From contig CAWVRN010000011.1 in assembly GCA_963932905.1 (NCBI GenBank), positions 32,001-96,000 of the forward strand: a stretch of 64,000 nt of DNA. The letters run 5' to 3'. Positions 28,087 through 37,988 of the stretch are shown here, one piece after another. Made by a program: the position numbers and the translations under genes. The notes under the pieces are model-generated. The model had not been told where the DNA came from and searched no databases. It saw only the letters and a program-made list of their open reading frames with translations. How positions within the stretch are numbered: the stretch's first letter is position 1; each line of letters opens with the position of its first letter. This stretch comes from an uncultured Bdellovibrio sp. Its GTDB lineage: Bacteria > Bdellovibrionota > Bdellovibrionia > Bdellovibrionales > Bdellovibrionaceae.

Positions 28087-29448
28087 GTGAATTTTCAAAC
28101 ACACTTAGGCGACTCACTAGAAATTTTAAAAAAGATTCCCTCAAACTCTGTTGATTCTCTTGTTACTGATCCTCCTGCTGGAATTGGTCTGCTGGGTCTT
28201 GACTGGGATAAGGACAAGGGCGGAAGAAAAGAATGGATCGCATGGCTCACACGGATCATGACCGAGTGCCATCGTATTCTAAAACCCGGTGCTCATGGAT
28301 TTGTCTGGGCTATCCCGCGAACGTCCCACTGGACAGGAGCGGCGTTGGAAGATGCTGGCTTTCAGGTTAAGGATGTCATCACCCATATCTTTGGAAGTGG
28401 CTTTCCTAAAAGTGTTGCAATTGATAAGGCCATCGACCGAGCAAAATACACAAACACAGATGAGCTTTTCAAAGTGACCGATTGGATCAGATCACGACGC
28501 AATGAACTTGGCATCACCAACAAACAGCTCGATGAAATAGCCGGAGTTAAAGGCGGAGCTTGTCATTGGACAGCGAAACTTCCACATCGACAACCACACA
28601 TTCCAACAAAAGAGCGATGGGAAAAATTGGAAGCTGTTTTGGGTCCAGCACCAGATTGGGTGAACGGCATGATCAGGCCTTCCCATGAACTCGGTGAGAA
28701 TTGGTCCAAACGAAACGTTGTTGGGCAGTATAAAAAAGATGCAGGTGGAGTTGGAGGTGTGGCTTTTAAAAGTACACATAACAGTATGACCGAGCCAGTG
28801 TCAGATTTGTCAAAACCATGGCAAGGGTGGGGTACCGCTTTGAAGCCAGCAAGTGAACACTGGATTCTAGTCCAAAAACCAATTTCGGAGCATAATATTG
28901 CGGCCAACATATTAAAGCATAGAGTAGGCGGAATTAATATCGATGATTCTAGAATTCCCACAAAAGAAAAAATACCATCTACATCCAATTTAGATTTTAA
29001 AGACGGCAGGTTTATTTGGGAAACTGGAGAGCGAAGTCAAAACTCTGTTTATCATCAACACCCAAACGGGCGGTTCCCAGCTAATATCATTGTAACTAGA
29101 TCAAACGAACTAAACTGTCCCGCACGGATAATGAATGATCAAAGTGAACTTGAAACTGAGGTCGCAGGATATTTTAAAAATTTCAAACCTGAAGTTCCCT
29201 TCTTTTATAGTAAAAAGCCGAGTAAAGGTGAGCGAGGTGAAAACAATATTCATCCTACAGTAAAACCGCTCAGACTCATGCGGTACTTATGCAAAATGGT
29301 GACCCCTATGGATGGAACCGTGCTTGATCCTTTTATGGGATCGGGTACCACCGGTGTGGCAGCATTATTTGAGAAGTATAGTTTTATCGGAATCGAACGT
29401 GACGAGAATTATTTTAAAATCGCAAGAAATCGTTTAAAAGGAGTTTAA
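28087..29448 (+). CDS. Beta-class DNA methyltransferase with inserted XRE-like HTH
   Basis: VTDPPA, HPTVKP, VLDPFMGSGTT; insert WIRSRRNELGITNKQLDEIAG. Confidence 0.85.
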   Translation: MNFQTHLGDSLEILKKIPSNSVDSLVTDPPAGIGLLGLDWDKDKGGRKEWIAWLTRIMTECHRILKPGAHGFVWAIPRTSHWTGAALEDAGFQVKDVITHIFGSGFPKSVAIDKAIDRAKYTNTDELFKVTDWIRSRRNELGITNKQLDEIAGVKGGACHWTAKLPHRQPHIPTKERWEKLEAVLGPAPDWVNGMIRPSHELGENWSKRNVVGQYKKDAGGVGGVAFKSTHNSMTEPVSDLSKPWQGWGTALKPASEHWILVQKPISEHNIAANILKHRVGGINIDDSRIPTKEKIPSTSNLDFKDGRFIWETGERSQNSVYHQHPNGRFPANIIVTRSNELNCPARIMNDQSELETEVAGYFKNFKPEVPFFYSKKPSKGERGENNIHPTVKPLRLMRYLCKMVTPMDGTVLDPFMGSGTTGVAALFEKYSFIGIERDENYFKIARNRLKGV

Positions 29449-29449
29449 C

Positions 29450-29848
29450 ATGAGCGAAAATGAATTAGAAAAAAAGCCAAACCTGAAATATGAGCATATT
29501 GCCCTATCTGAAACTTCGAGTTTAAAAATTAATAACTGGTTAGATCAGGTCGCGCTAAAGAAAAAAGGTGTTAAGATAACCAGAAAACAATTTGTTAATT
29601 GGTTGATTGAAAAAATGCCTGATAATTTAAGCGGTGGCGATTTAGCATCACTTATTGATCGTTTCTATGACGAAGTGAAATTTTTACGGCATTTATTGCG
29701 CGAGGCAAATCAAGCTAAAGCCGAAGGCAAATCTGAAACCGGATACGAATTCGTGGTTAAAACTAAAAGACAGGAAGTTAAGCGCGAGCTAATTGAAGAC
29801 CAGTCCGAAGGGGATTCTGATCCTGTGTCTGAGTCCACGCTAAGGTAA
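29450..29848 (+). CDS. Hypothetical protein
   Basis: ORF with RBS AGGAG, coupled to the methyltransferase. Confidence 0.65.
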   Translation: MSENELEKKPNLKYEHIALSETSSLKINNWLDQVALKKKGVKITRKQFVNWLIEKMPDNLSGGDLASLIDRFYDEVKFLRHLLREANQAKAEGKSETGYEFVVKTKRQEVKRELIEDQSEGDSDPVSESTLR

Positions 29849-29880
29849 AAAAATCCGTTTTTAGAAAATTAAATCGATAC

Positions 29881-29925
29881 AAATTAAAAGCCCGATGTGC
29901 AGATGCACAAAGGGCTTTTTAATTT
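29881..29925. terminator. Long hairpin (terminator or origin-associated)
   Basis: AAATTAAAAGCCC..TGTGCA-GA-TGCACA..GGGCTTTTTAATTT. Confidence 0.5.
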
Positions 29926-29982
29926 GATCTAAGCATAGCCATTTTAAGATGCACTGGACTCTTTTTCACAGAGAGTTAAATT

Positions 29983-30303
29983 ATGTCTAACGAAGAAATT
30001 TCGGATCTTGGGCGATATTGCAGTAAATGCAGTTCGTTTAAATCTTGGGATCATTTTGATAAAAAGTCGACGGGTATTAATGGAAGGCATAGTAGATGCA
30101 AATCATGTATAAAATTTCAAAAGAAAAAATGGTGGAGAAAGAAGAATACTCGAAAAATTTCATCGCCAGAGGTTTTGATATATTCCAAATCCGATTTAGA
30201 AATTTTAGAAATTCCTCTCATAGGTCAGGAAAAACGAGATTTAGAAAATATTTTCCGTCGCTTGATATTTCAATCTTTGATTTCAGAAAAGGAGAATAAG
30301 TAA
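29983..30303 (+). CDS. Small Zn-finger protein coupled to the integrase
   Basis: CSKC...CKSC; TAATG overlap with the integrase start. Confidence 0.65.
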   Translation: MSNEEISDLGRYCSKCSSFKSWDHFDKKSTGINGRHSRCKSCIKFQKKKWWRKKNTRKISSPEVLIYSKSDLEILEIPLIGQEKRDLENIFRRLIFQSLISEKENK

Positions 30304-32210
30304 TGAATTCAGAATTGTCGCCGATCGTAGGAAAAATGAAAATTGGCTGGGCATTGATTAGGGTGTCGACAAAAAATCAGGCCGAGGTTCAGCATGGATC
30401 GCTTGAACAACAGAGACATATGCTGGAAAGGTGGTCGACTCAGCAAAGTGAAGCTTCTGGCCGTCACTATGAAATTACAAGATTCTTTGAGGAAGATATT
30501 AGTGGTCGCGGAAAGGCCATCCATAAACGAATGGCCTTGATGGAAATAGATCGAGCCATCGAATCTAAAACAATCGATTTTATCGTTTTTGAAAAAGTGG
30601 ATCGGTTAGCTCGAGATATGATCTATAATTTGGGACTTGTAAAAAAGGCCCAGGAATATGGAGTGGAGGTTCACGAGTTTGAATCTGGTCAAATTGATCT
30701 AAGAGATCGTGGTAGTCGGTTAGGTTTTAATATTAAAAATCTCTTAGCCGAAGAATACAGTTTAGACCTTGAAGAAAAAATTACTAAAAAACAGAGGGAA
30801 GCAAGAGTCAATAATGGTAAAGATACGTCAACATGTCCAGTTTTAGGATTGGATGCTCATCCAGCTAAGAGAGGAATGTATGTCGTTAACAAAAACGAGC
30901 AAAAAATCGTAATCGATATTTTTAAGAAATTTGTCGAATGTGGATCTGTCAAAGAAACGTCGAAGTATTGTATTCAAAAAGGATATCGAAATAAAATTCG
31001 TCTTACGAAAGAAAAGGTGGATAAAAACGGAAATATTATTCCACCAAAACAAGTTGGAGGGGAACTGTTAGAACCTAGGCGGGTGCGGTATTTATTAAAC
31101 AATCAAAAAATCCGAGGCTATAGCTTTTTTCAAGATACCTGGAATCAATTCAAAAAAGAACAAAATGAAAAAGGGTTTGTGAGATGGGATTACCCACACG
31201 GACCAGTGGTTCCGTCGGAGTTATATGAGGAAGCTCAGCGCGTTTTGGGGAAGAATCAAAAATTTGATGCTCGAACGCGAGCTAGTGTGTATTTGCTGAC
31301 GGGAATATTGGAATATGAAGATGGGACTAGGTTTTCGGGAGCGGGTGCTGGCGGCAGAAATAGTCATTACGAGTATTATCATTGCCGAAAGCAAAAACTC
31401 CGAATACCAAAAACAAAAGTGGAAAACTTAATTCTAAAAAGAATTAAAGACTATATGAAAAACTCAGAACTGCTGACTAAACTTCTAGCCGATGTAAAAC
31501 CAATGGCTGAAATGGGAATACCATTTTTGAAAGAGGAAATACGGCAGATTAAGCAAAAGATCAATGACAACCGCAAAGTGATTGACGGTTTTACAAATTA
31601 CCTAAGACAGTCGGCGCTGACTGATCCGACCAACCTTGAAAAGGTAATTCGTACGATAAGTATAGAAAGGGATAAAGCCGAGACAGAAACTCAATTTTTA
31701 GAACGCGATTTGGTGAATAAAGAAAATCAACTCCGTGAGTTATCTTCTGAACATCAGGAGAAGGGTCTTCGGGATTACTTGGAACAAGTCTTGGAAAATT
31801 TTGACAACTTAGACGACAATAAAAAAAGGGAAATCATTCATACGATTATTCCTAAAATAGAAGTGGTTCCAAAGAACAAACTGCGCCTTCATATTCGCAC
31901 CGACTTTCGAGGTGATTCCAGAAAATGGAACGACGGCAAACGTAGCGAGTCAAATTTTGGGCATGAGGTAGCCTCCTACCGACCGCCGGTCGGCATGGAA
32001 CAAAGTGGTGGCTCTGATGATTCAGAGGCCGATTTAAATTTATCTGATTTCAGTACAAAAGAGGCTGTCACACCTGGAGGAAACTTTTCGTCTCGGGGAA
32101 AATTGGCGGGGTGGACGGGACTCGAACCCGCGGCCTTCCGCGTGACAGGCGGACGTTATAACCAACTTAACTACCACCCCCGTGGTAAGCTCAAGAAGAA
32201 TTATTTATAA
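30303..32210 (+). CDS. Large serine recombinase (integrase), integrated-state isoform
   Basis: IRVST catalytic Ser, EDISG, DRLAR, recombinase domain, YLLTGIL...YYHC degenerate Zn-ribbon, coiled coil. Confidence 0.92.
   Translation: MNSELSPIVGKMKIGWALIRVSTKNQAEVQHGSLEQQRHMLERWSTQQSEASGRHYEITRFFEEDISGRGKAIHKRMALMEIDRAIESKTIDFIVFEKVDRLARDMIYNLGLVKKAQEYGVEVHEFESGQIDLRDRGSRLGFNIKNLLAEEYSLDLEEKITKKQREARVNNGKDTSTCPVLGLDAHPAKRGMYVVNKNEQKIVIDIFKKFVECGSVKETSKYCIQKGYRNKIRLTKEKVDKNGNIIPPKQVGGELLEPRRVRYLLNNQKIRGYSFFQDTWNQFKKEQNEKGFVRWDYPHGPVVPSELYEEAQRVLGKNQKFDARTRASVYLLTGILEYEDGTRFSGAGAGGRNSHYEYYHCRKQKLRIPKTKVENLILKRIKDYMKNSELLTKLLADVKPMAEMGIPFLKEEIRQIKQKINDNRKVIDGFTNYLRQSALTDPTNLEKVIRTISIERDKAETETQFLERDLVNKENQLRELSSEHQEKGLRDYLEQVLENFDNLDDNKKREIIHTIIPKIEVVPKNKLRLHIRTDFRGDSRKWNDGKRSESNFGHEVASYRPPVGMEQSGGSDDSEADLNLSDFSTKEAVTPGGNFSSRGKLAGWTGLEPAAFRVTGGRYNQLNYHPRGKLKKNYL
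32075..32110. repeat. Right attachment junction: arm TGGAGGAAACTTTTCGTC (32075-32092) + core ATTGGCGGG (32102-32110)
   Basis: Inverted partner of 4159-4176; core overlaps the tRNA CCA end. Confidence 0.9.
32104..32180 (-). tRNA. tRNA-Asp(GTC)
   Basis: 77-nt cloverleaf GGGGTGG...TCCGC-CTGTCAC-GCGGA...TTCGAGT...CCACCCCGCCA. Confidence 0.97.
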
Positions 32211-32485
32211 ACACCTAAGTGTCGGTAATCAACAAAAAAATTGGGGCACCCCTGAGGAATTTCTCAAAATAGTACGTCGGCGGGCCATACACTTGAGTAG
32301 GTACCTAACTAATCCATTAAATAATCAGCATATCAGGTGTTTACCTATCAAAACTGCTGAAAAAACGACCAAACACCAGTCAATTGGGTTTTATACGCGC
32401 CCATTTAATAGGCGGTCAGTTGGACTGGAAAGTGTAACAGATAGTAATAACAGATAACGGGAATAGATAGCTGGGTGGGGGATGA

Positions 32486-33319
32486 GTGAGCCAATATTTT
32501 GCCAGAACATTTTTAGTTCTGTTCGTTGTGCTAATGATGGTCGCTTGCGGTCAACCCGGTCAATTAGGGCTTGAGGCGGCTCAGGTCGGTGAATTAAGTG
32601 TCGCCGATGGTGGCACGGCTCCCGACCCTGTAGTCGAGCAGCAAATTAAAAACTGTCGTTCATTACTGTCATCAGGAAAACTTCAAACTAAGACACAGAC
32701 GATTCGTTTTGAGGACACTCGCACAGAATCAGGTCGCCAAAAAGTGTGTGAATTTTCTCAAGATGAAAACAAGCCCTACAAAGAAAACTTAACAGTACTA
32801 AACGATTATCTTCGTGCTCGTTACACTCAAACTAGCACTATTTCTATTCCCTCTGGCGCCGTTATCTGTGATATGGACATTGAAAGTCCCGAGCAAAATT
32901 TTAACTATGACGATATTTTCTTCCTTTCATTTAACGATCAGATTTTAGCTTCCAATCACAGTAAACAAATCAAAGAAGTTATTGCTGCCGAAAACATTGT
33001 GCATTCGGGAACGGGCCGAAACTTAGCTTTCTACAAATATGATTGGGTCAAAATGCGCAATACTTATTTCCAAAACGAAGTGAACGATTTCTGTTTAGGT
33101 GCAGAACAAGGTTTATCTGAATGTCAGTGGCCTGTGACTCAAGAATTCGGCAAGATCAAACTTAACTTTGATTCCGAAATCCTGACTCGCTTAGGTGCTA
33201 AATCGAAAGACACCAAGCAGGTGTTGTCATTCGTGATCACTGGCGATAATGATCCCGATTCGGACTGCTATCACGAACGTTTAGATCTAAATTTGGAAGT
33301 TAAATACTACGTACCTTAA
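32486..33319 (+). CDS. Hypothetical lipoprotein
   Basis: Lipobox MVAC; several Cys; 277-aa ORF. Confidence 0.7.
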   Translation: MSQYFARTFLVLFVVLMMVACGQPGQLGLEAAQVGELSVADGGTAPDPVVEQQIKNCRSLLSSGKLQTKTQTIRFEDTRTESGRQKVCEFSQDENKPYKENLTVLNDYLRARYTQTSTISIPSGAVICDMDIESPEQNFNYDDIFFLSFNDQILASNHSKQIKEVIAAENIVHSGTGRNLAFYKYDWVKMRNTYFQNEVNDFCLGAEQGLSECQWPVTQEFGKIKLNFDSEILTRLGAKSKDTKQVLSFVITGDNDPDSDCYHERLDLNLEVKYYVP

Positions 33320-33349
33320 TCCTGCATCGGCCCTTTGGGCGGCAGAATA

Positions 33350-34357
33350 TCACCAAAATATAGGTTCTGTTTCTAAGGTAACGCCAAAAACCTCGGCGCA
33401 GGCCTGGCGTACGCAGTCGGCTAGCTTCACCACGTCTTCGCGGCGCCCAGCGCCTAAGTTCACCATCACCAAGGCTTGCTTATCATACATGCTAACTGTA
33501 CCCTGTTGGCGGCCTTTAAAGCCTAATTTATCAATCAATTGCCCTGCCGCCAGTTTGTACTGACCATCGGATTGTAGGTAGGAGACAAGGTCTGGAGTTG
33601 CCTGTTTCAACTGACTCAATTGATGGGCCGTAACAATTGGGTTTTTAAAAAAACTACCGACATTTGGGATCACGTTCACGTCAGGAAGTTTTTTCTGACG
33701 AACCTCGATCACTTTTGCGGCGACATCTTGAGGACGGGCGGGTAGGCCATTAAATGCGTGAGCCAGTTCCGCATAGCTAATCACCGGGTTTGGTTTTTTC
33801 AGTAACTGGAATTCAACTTCCGTGATGAAGAAGTTCTTGTAGGCCGGCGTTTTAAAAACACTATGGCGGTATTCAAACAAGCACTCGCTATTAGACACGG
33901 TTTTGTTTGTCAGAGTTTCAAGATCATAGCCATGTACACGCGAAATAAATTTATTTACCTCAACCCCGTAGGCCCCCACATTCTGAATGGGCGCGCCTCC
34001 CACGGTTCCTGGAATCAGGGCTAAATTCTCTAAACCATATTGATGATTGGAAATCGTCGACATTACAAATTGATGCCAATTCATCCCGGAGGCGCACGCG
34101 ATAGTCACGCTGTCTGGGGTTTCACTGACGATACGTGTGCCTTCTAATTTATTGTGAATCACCACGGCTTCTATTTTTTCAGGTAATATTAAATTAGATC
34201 CGCCGCCTAAAATTCGGATCGGGACGTTCTTGCTTTTTGCGAATTGAGCAATGCTGGCTAGCTCAGAAATATTTTTTATCTCGACGAAATAGCGCGCTAT
34301 CGAGTTAAGCTTAAATGTATTGTGCTGAATTAGATTGAAATCGTTCTGTATGGTCAC
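33350..34357 (-). CDS. murB: UDP-N-acetylmuramate dehydrogenase
   Basis: LGGGSNL, IPGTVGGAPIQNVGAYG, GSFFKNP. Confidence 0.95.
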   Translation of the reverse strand: MTIQNDFNLIQHNTFKLNSIARYFVEIKNISELASIAQFAKSKNVPIRILGGGSNLILPEKIEAVVIHNKLEGTRIVSETPDSVTIACASGMNWHQFVMSTISNHQYGLENLALIPGTVGGAPIQNVGAYGVEVNKFISRVHGYDLETLTNKTVSNSECLFEYRHSVFKTPAYKNFFITEVEFQLLKKPNPVISYAELAHAFNGLPARPQDVAAKVIEVRQKKLPDVNVIPNVGSFFKNPIVTAHQLSQLKQATPDLVSYLQSDGQYKLAAGQLIDKLGFKGRQQGTVSMYDKQALVMVNLGAGRREDVVKLADCVRQACAEVFGVTLETEPIFW

Positions 34358-34417
34358 CCTTCAAGCGTAGCATAGTTTAAAGGGGGGTGGCAACGGGCCA
34401 GCGTGTTTTAGCAGCTG

Positions 34418-35254
34418 CTATTTTTTAACCAATTCGATGCCCGCTTCAGTAACTAGAACAACGCGTTTACTGTATAGACCAGCGAGCGCTGTTTTAAATT
34501 TCTTACGGCTGATTTTAAACATCTCAGCGATTTCTTCTGAAGAACTCTTGTCGTTGATTTTAAGTTTGCCGTTGTTCTGTGCTAGTTTATCTAAAATTAA
34601 GCTGGCGATATCATCAAGAGCATCACCACTAGAGTTTTTCAGAATCAAATCAATCTTGCCATCTGGCCGAATTTTATTGATGTAGGCATCCGTCACAGTG
34701 CCAAGTTTGATATTTTCAAAAACTTCGGAATGATATAACAAACCGTCGAATTCATTGTTCACAACGCATTTATAACCTAGATCAGTTTTAGCATAGACTA
34801 AAATTTTAACTTTCTGATTTAACAACGGCGATGATTCCGGCATGTCTTTTAGGAATCGATTTGTGCGCATCGAAGCAGAAATACGACCTGATTCATCTAG
34901 GTATAAGTAGACTAAGTATTTCTCGCCGACAACAACGTCACGAGTTTGCTGAGTGTAGTGAACAAATAGATCTTTATCTAAACCCCAGTCCATGAACGCG
35001 CCAACGTTTTCGACAGATTTTAATGGCAGGTACGCAAATTCACCCACCATTGCTTTAGGTTGCTGAGTCGTTGCGACCAGGCGGTCTTCAGAATCCAAGT
35101 ACAAGAATACGTCGAGTGGCTCACCCACGGTGAAATCATCGGGAACAAAACGTTTGGGCAATAGGATTTCGCCCAAGTCTTCGCCGTCAAGGAAAAGCCC
35201 GTAAATTGATCGTTTAACAATTTTCAATTGATTCATTTGTCCGATGGTAACCAT
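34418..35254 (-). CDS. cvfB: CvfB family S1 RNA-binding protein
   Basis: FLYLDSEDRLVAT, GAFMDWGLDKDL, C-terminal winged helix ISRKKFK. Confidence 0.88.
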   Translation of the reverse strand: MVTIGQMNQLKIVKRSIYGLFLDGEDLGEILLPKRFVPDDFTVGEPLDVFLYLDSEDRLVATTQQPKAMVGEFAYLPLKSVENVGAFMDWGLDKDLFVHYTQQTRDVVVGEKYLVYLYLDESGRISASMRTNRFLKDMPESSPLLNQKVKILVYAKTDLGYKCVVNNEFDGLLYHSEVFENIKLGTVTDAYINKIRPDGKIDLILKNSSGDALDDIASLILDKLAQNNGKLKINDKSSSEEIAEMFKISRKKFKTALAGLYSKRVVLVTEAGIELVKK

Positions 35255-35324
35255 GAGACACTTATCGAGTTTTACAGCAAATTAAGCAAGGACAATGTCG
35301 AAAAGGAAAAAAAATATAGAGTGG

Positions 35325-36050
35325 CTACTGGAATTCAGCAGCCCACCAGCCTTGTATACTTGCACAAAATCCGCTGCCGATACTGCAGAATACACCACCA
35401 GTATGGCCCTCAGCCCCGCTCATTTTGCGTATTAGCTTGTTCGAGGTTGCGGTACCACCAGCAAACGGTGTCGGCGACATCAAAGGACCGCTAAACAAAT
35501 TAGCATGATTCCATGTATGGCAACGTGTACAGTTTGTAGCAATGAAGGGAGCTACGTTCGCGTTAAAATACGGCTCTGCTTTAGGAGTGTAGGCTACATA
35601 AGTTTTTGGACTTGAAGCGATCAGATATTCGGCCTTGGCTTCGTGGCCGTAAGCGTACATTCGTTGCTGAGTTCCGTTAGCAAATGCTGCTGGCAATTGG
35701 AACGTGAAATAGTGACCAGCCGCTGAACCAACCCCCGTTTCTTTGGCGATAGTTTCGCCCACGTAAGTACCGGTTCCCACCGGACCGTTCGCATAGAAAA
35801 GGACTTTAATAACTTTTGATTTATTTTGTGAATCGTAAGCATAACCATAGGCTTTACCATCAGCATAAACGGCAGAGAAGCTGCCTGACAGCTTACCGCT
35901 AAAGTCTGTGACGAGTTCAGCAGCGGCCTGTTCTGAATTTGATTCTTCTGTGGATTCTTCTTCGCCGCCGGGAGCGCAGTTGTTGAACAACACGGTCGTT
36001 GTAAAAAAAGAAATAATAAGGAATGCGTACCATGATTTACGTGCTTTCAT
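35325..36050 (-). CDS. Lipoprotein with a c-type heme motif
   Basis: FNNC lipobox; CTRCH. Confidence 0.65.
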   Translation of the reverse strand: MKARKSWYAFLIISFFTTTVLFNNCAPGGEEESTEESNSEQAAAELVTDFSGKLSGSFSAVYADGKAYGYAYDSQNKSKVIKVLFYANGPVGTGTYVGETIAKETGVGSAAGHYFTFQLPAAFANGTQQRMYAYGHEAKAEYLIASSPKTYVAYTPKAEPYFNANVAPFIATNCTRCHTWNHANLFSGPLMSPTPFAGGTATSNKLIRKMSGAEGHTGGVFCSIGSGFCASIQGWWAAEFQ

Positions 36051-36148
36051 AGGCCCCCAACTTGCTCTATTAGAATACCTGATTTACAAGGAGTTTGGTC
36101 CATTTAGTTCGTGCCTGTACCACTTTGGTACAGGCTACTTTTATAGCT

Positions 36149-37777
36149 TTACTTCAAGCACGTATACTCGACTTCGTAAGCACCAGGATCTAATTCTTTT
36201 GTGAATTTAATATTCAATCCTTCAACGCTATACGATTGAGCCAATTCGGTGCCATCCTTTTTGATCACAATTGGGAATTGACTCAACGGCTGGCACGCTA
36301 ACGTCAGTGTCTTAAGCAAACGTCTGATCTCATCCGCGATGCCTGCCACCTGAGACGTATAATCCATGTCGCATACATTACCTAGAACTCCACCAGTCAT
36401 ATCCGATATCGTTTTGTAACGTTCACCATAAGAATATCCGTACGTGTTGCGGCAAGCGGTATCACCGGGACGAGTAATGATTGAATTAAAATTGAAACGT
36501 TTTTGTCCATTCCACGACGTGTTGATTAAATTTAGTAAACTCGCGGGATCATTTTTTGACGTATTCGCGGATTCGTCTTCATCGGAAATCAAAACAACAG
36601 ATAACTGGGCCCCGTCGCGGAAGAATGATTTGAAGTCGCTTTCGTTAGCATTGTAGCGTTCGATCGTGCGATATACAGACCGAATACCTTGCTCATTGCC
36701 GGAGCCCGTTTCTGGACGCTGCAACGTTTGGCTTAGTAGGTTTTGCGCCGTTGAAACTGGCATGGATGCATCGATCATTTTCTTACCATTTCCGCCAGTT
36801 AATGGAATCAACCGACCGTCGCCTAAGTTAATATTGCGTGGATCTGTAGTCGTGATCGCAATCTGGTAGTCCAAGCCCTGCAAGATTGACAAGAACTGCG
36901 ACGTGCGTTGGGCCATGCTTTGTTGTTCGTATTCCATAGATCCCGAATTGTCGATTACGAACAGAACGTCGACTTTTTTGTAATTATTAACTGTGATTTT
37001 CTGATTCACTTTTTTGTAAAGTGAATTTACGTTCCAAGTCACTGAACGAGTCGTGACGTTTTGTAAATCGTCCTTCGCGGAAACACTAAACGTATAAATC
37101 CCGACGGGCAACTCGGGTAAGGTAACTTTGTTGTTGCCGTAAAAACATGATTTAGTGATTCCATTTAATGAACAGTTAACCGATACAGATTCCGAACGAC
37201 CATCACGTACATAAAATGAAATATCAACGGCGACACCGACTTCGATACTAGCGGCCGGGTAAGTTTGAAATACGATTTCTGGACCGACGTCATCATGGGT
37301 GATTGATTTGCGATAGCACGTAGATTGGCCGCCTTCCCAATCTTGGAACATCACAGAATAAGTAATCGCAGTGTTGAATTCCGTCAGGTCGACACGTTTT
37401 TGGTCAACATAACTTTCCCATTGGCCATCAACGCAGTTTAGGGTGCGGCCAATTTTAATTTTGGACGGAGCCAATGTTCTAAATGTTAAATCAACATAGG
37501 CCTGATTGGTGTAGAGAGAGTCATTGTTTATTGAAAATCCCTCTTCAAATTCCACGTCGCCTGGGTTTAGCACCGGTGGCGGTAGCGTGTTGGGATCATC
37601 ACTAGGCGGGGTTATCGGGCCATTGTCGTCCACAACAGAAAAATCGACGACGGGAGCAGAATCGCCTGTTGCCTGAGTCACTGATTCTGTAACAGAATCG
37701 TCACTGATTAATTTGCAGGATGTGGTTAGCGTAATCGTCAAGATCGAAAATATGAATAGGCGGCTTATTGAAAACAT
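36149..37777 (-). CDS. vWA-domain lipoprotein
   Basis: TTSC lipobox; VDVLFVIDNSGSM MIDAS; ISDEDE. Confidence 0.8.
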   Translation of the reverse strand: MFSISRLFIFSILTITLTTSCKLISDDSVTESVTQATGDSAPVVDFSVVDDNGPITPPSDDPNTLPPPVLNPGDVEFEEGFSINNDSLYTNQAYVDLTFRTLAPSKIKIGRTLNCVDGQWESYVDQKRVDLTEFNTAITYSVMFQDWEGGQSTCYRKSITHDDVGPEIVFQTYPAASIEVGVAVDISFYVRDGRSESVSVNCSLNGITKSCFYGNNKVTLPELPVGIYTFSVSAKDDLQNVTTRSVTWNVNSLYKKVNQKITVNNYKKVDVLFVIDNSGSMEYEQQSMAQRTSQFLSILQGLDYQIAITTTDPRNINLGDGRLIPLTGGNGKKMIDASMPVSTAQNLLSQTLQRPETGSGNEQGIRSVYRTIERYNANESDFKSFFRDGAQLSVVLISDEDESANTSKNDPASLLNLINTSWNGQKRFNFNSIITRPGDTACRNTYGYSYGERYKTISDMTGGVLGNVCDMDYTSQVAGIADEIRRLLKTLTLACQPLSQFPIVIKKDGTELAQSYSVEGLNIKFTKELDPGAYEVEYTCLK

Positions 37778-37988
37778 GAATCTACTCCTTCAAATTCTGT
37801 TTTTACTTCCGCTTACATTCCGTATTAGGACTGCTCACGAGCAGTCCAGATTCAAATTCTTTGAATCGTCTTTAGACTATCATGGGCCGCTTTGTTTTTA
37901 AAGCCAGCACGGTTATTGGGCGTCAATTTGGGAATTTTAAATTTAACGTAATTTATTTTGACACTTCGAAGAATCGCTAATTGAATGG

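Larger units (their letters stand above)
4136..32110. mobile_element. ~28 kb integrative element (IME or decayed ICE) with large serine recombinase, in tRNA-Asp
   Basis: att pair, integrase, FtsK ATPase, Replic_Relax-like gene, VirB10 fragment, methyltransferases, defence and toxin cargo. Confidence 0.9.

Noticed and set aside
4136..32110. Element as a prophage
   Set aside because: No capsid, terminase, portal or tail genes recognised.
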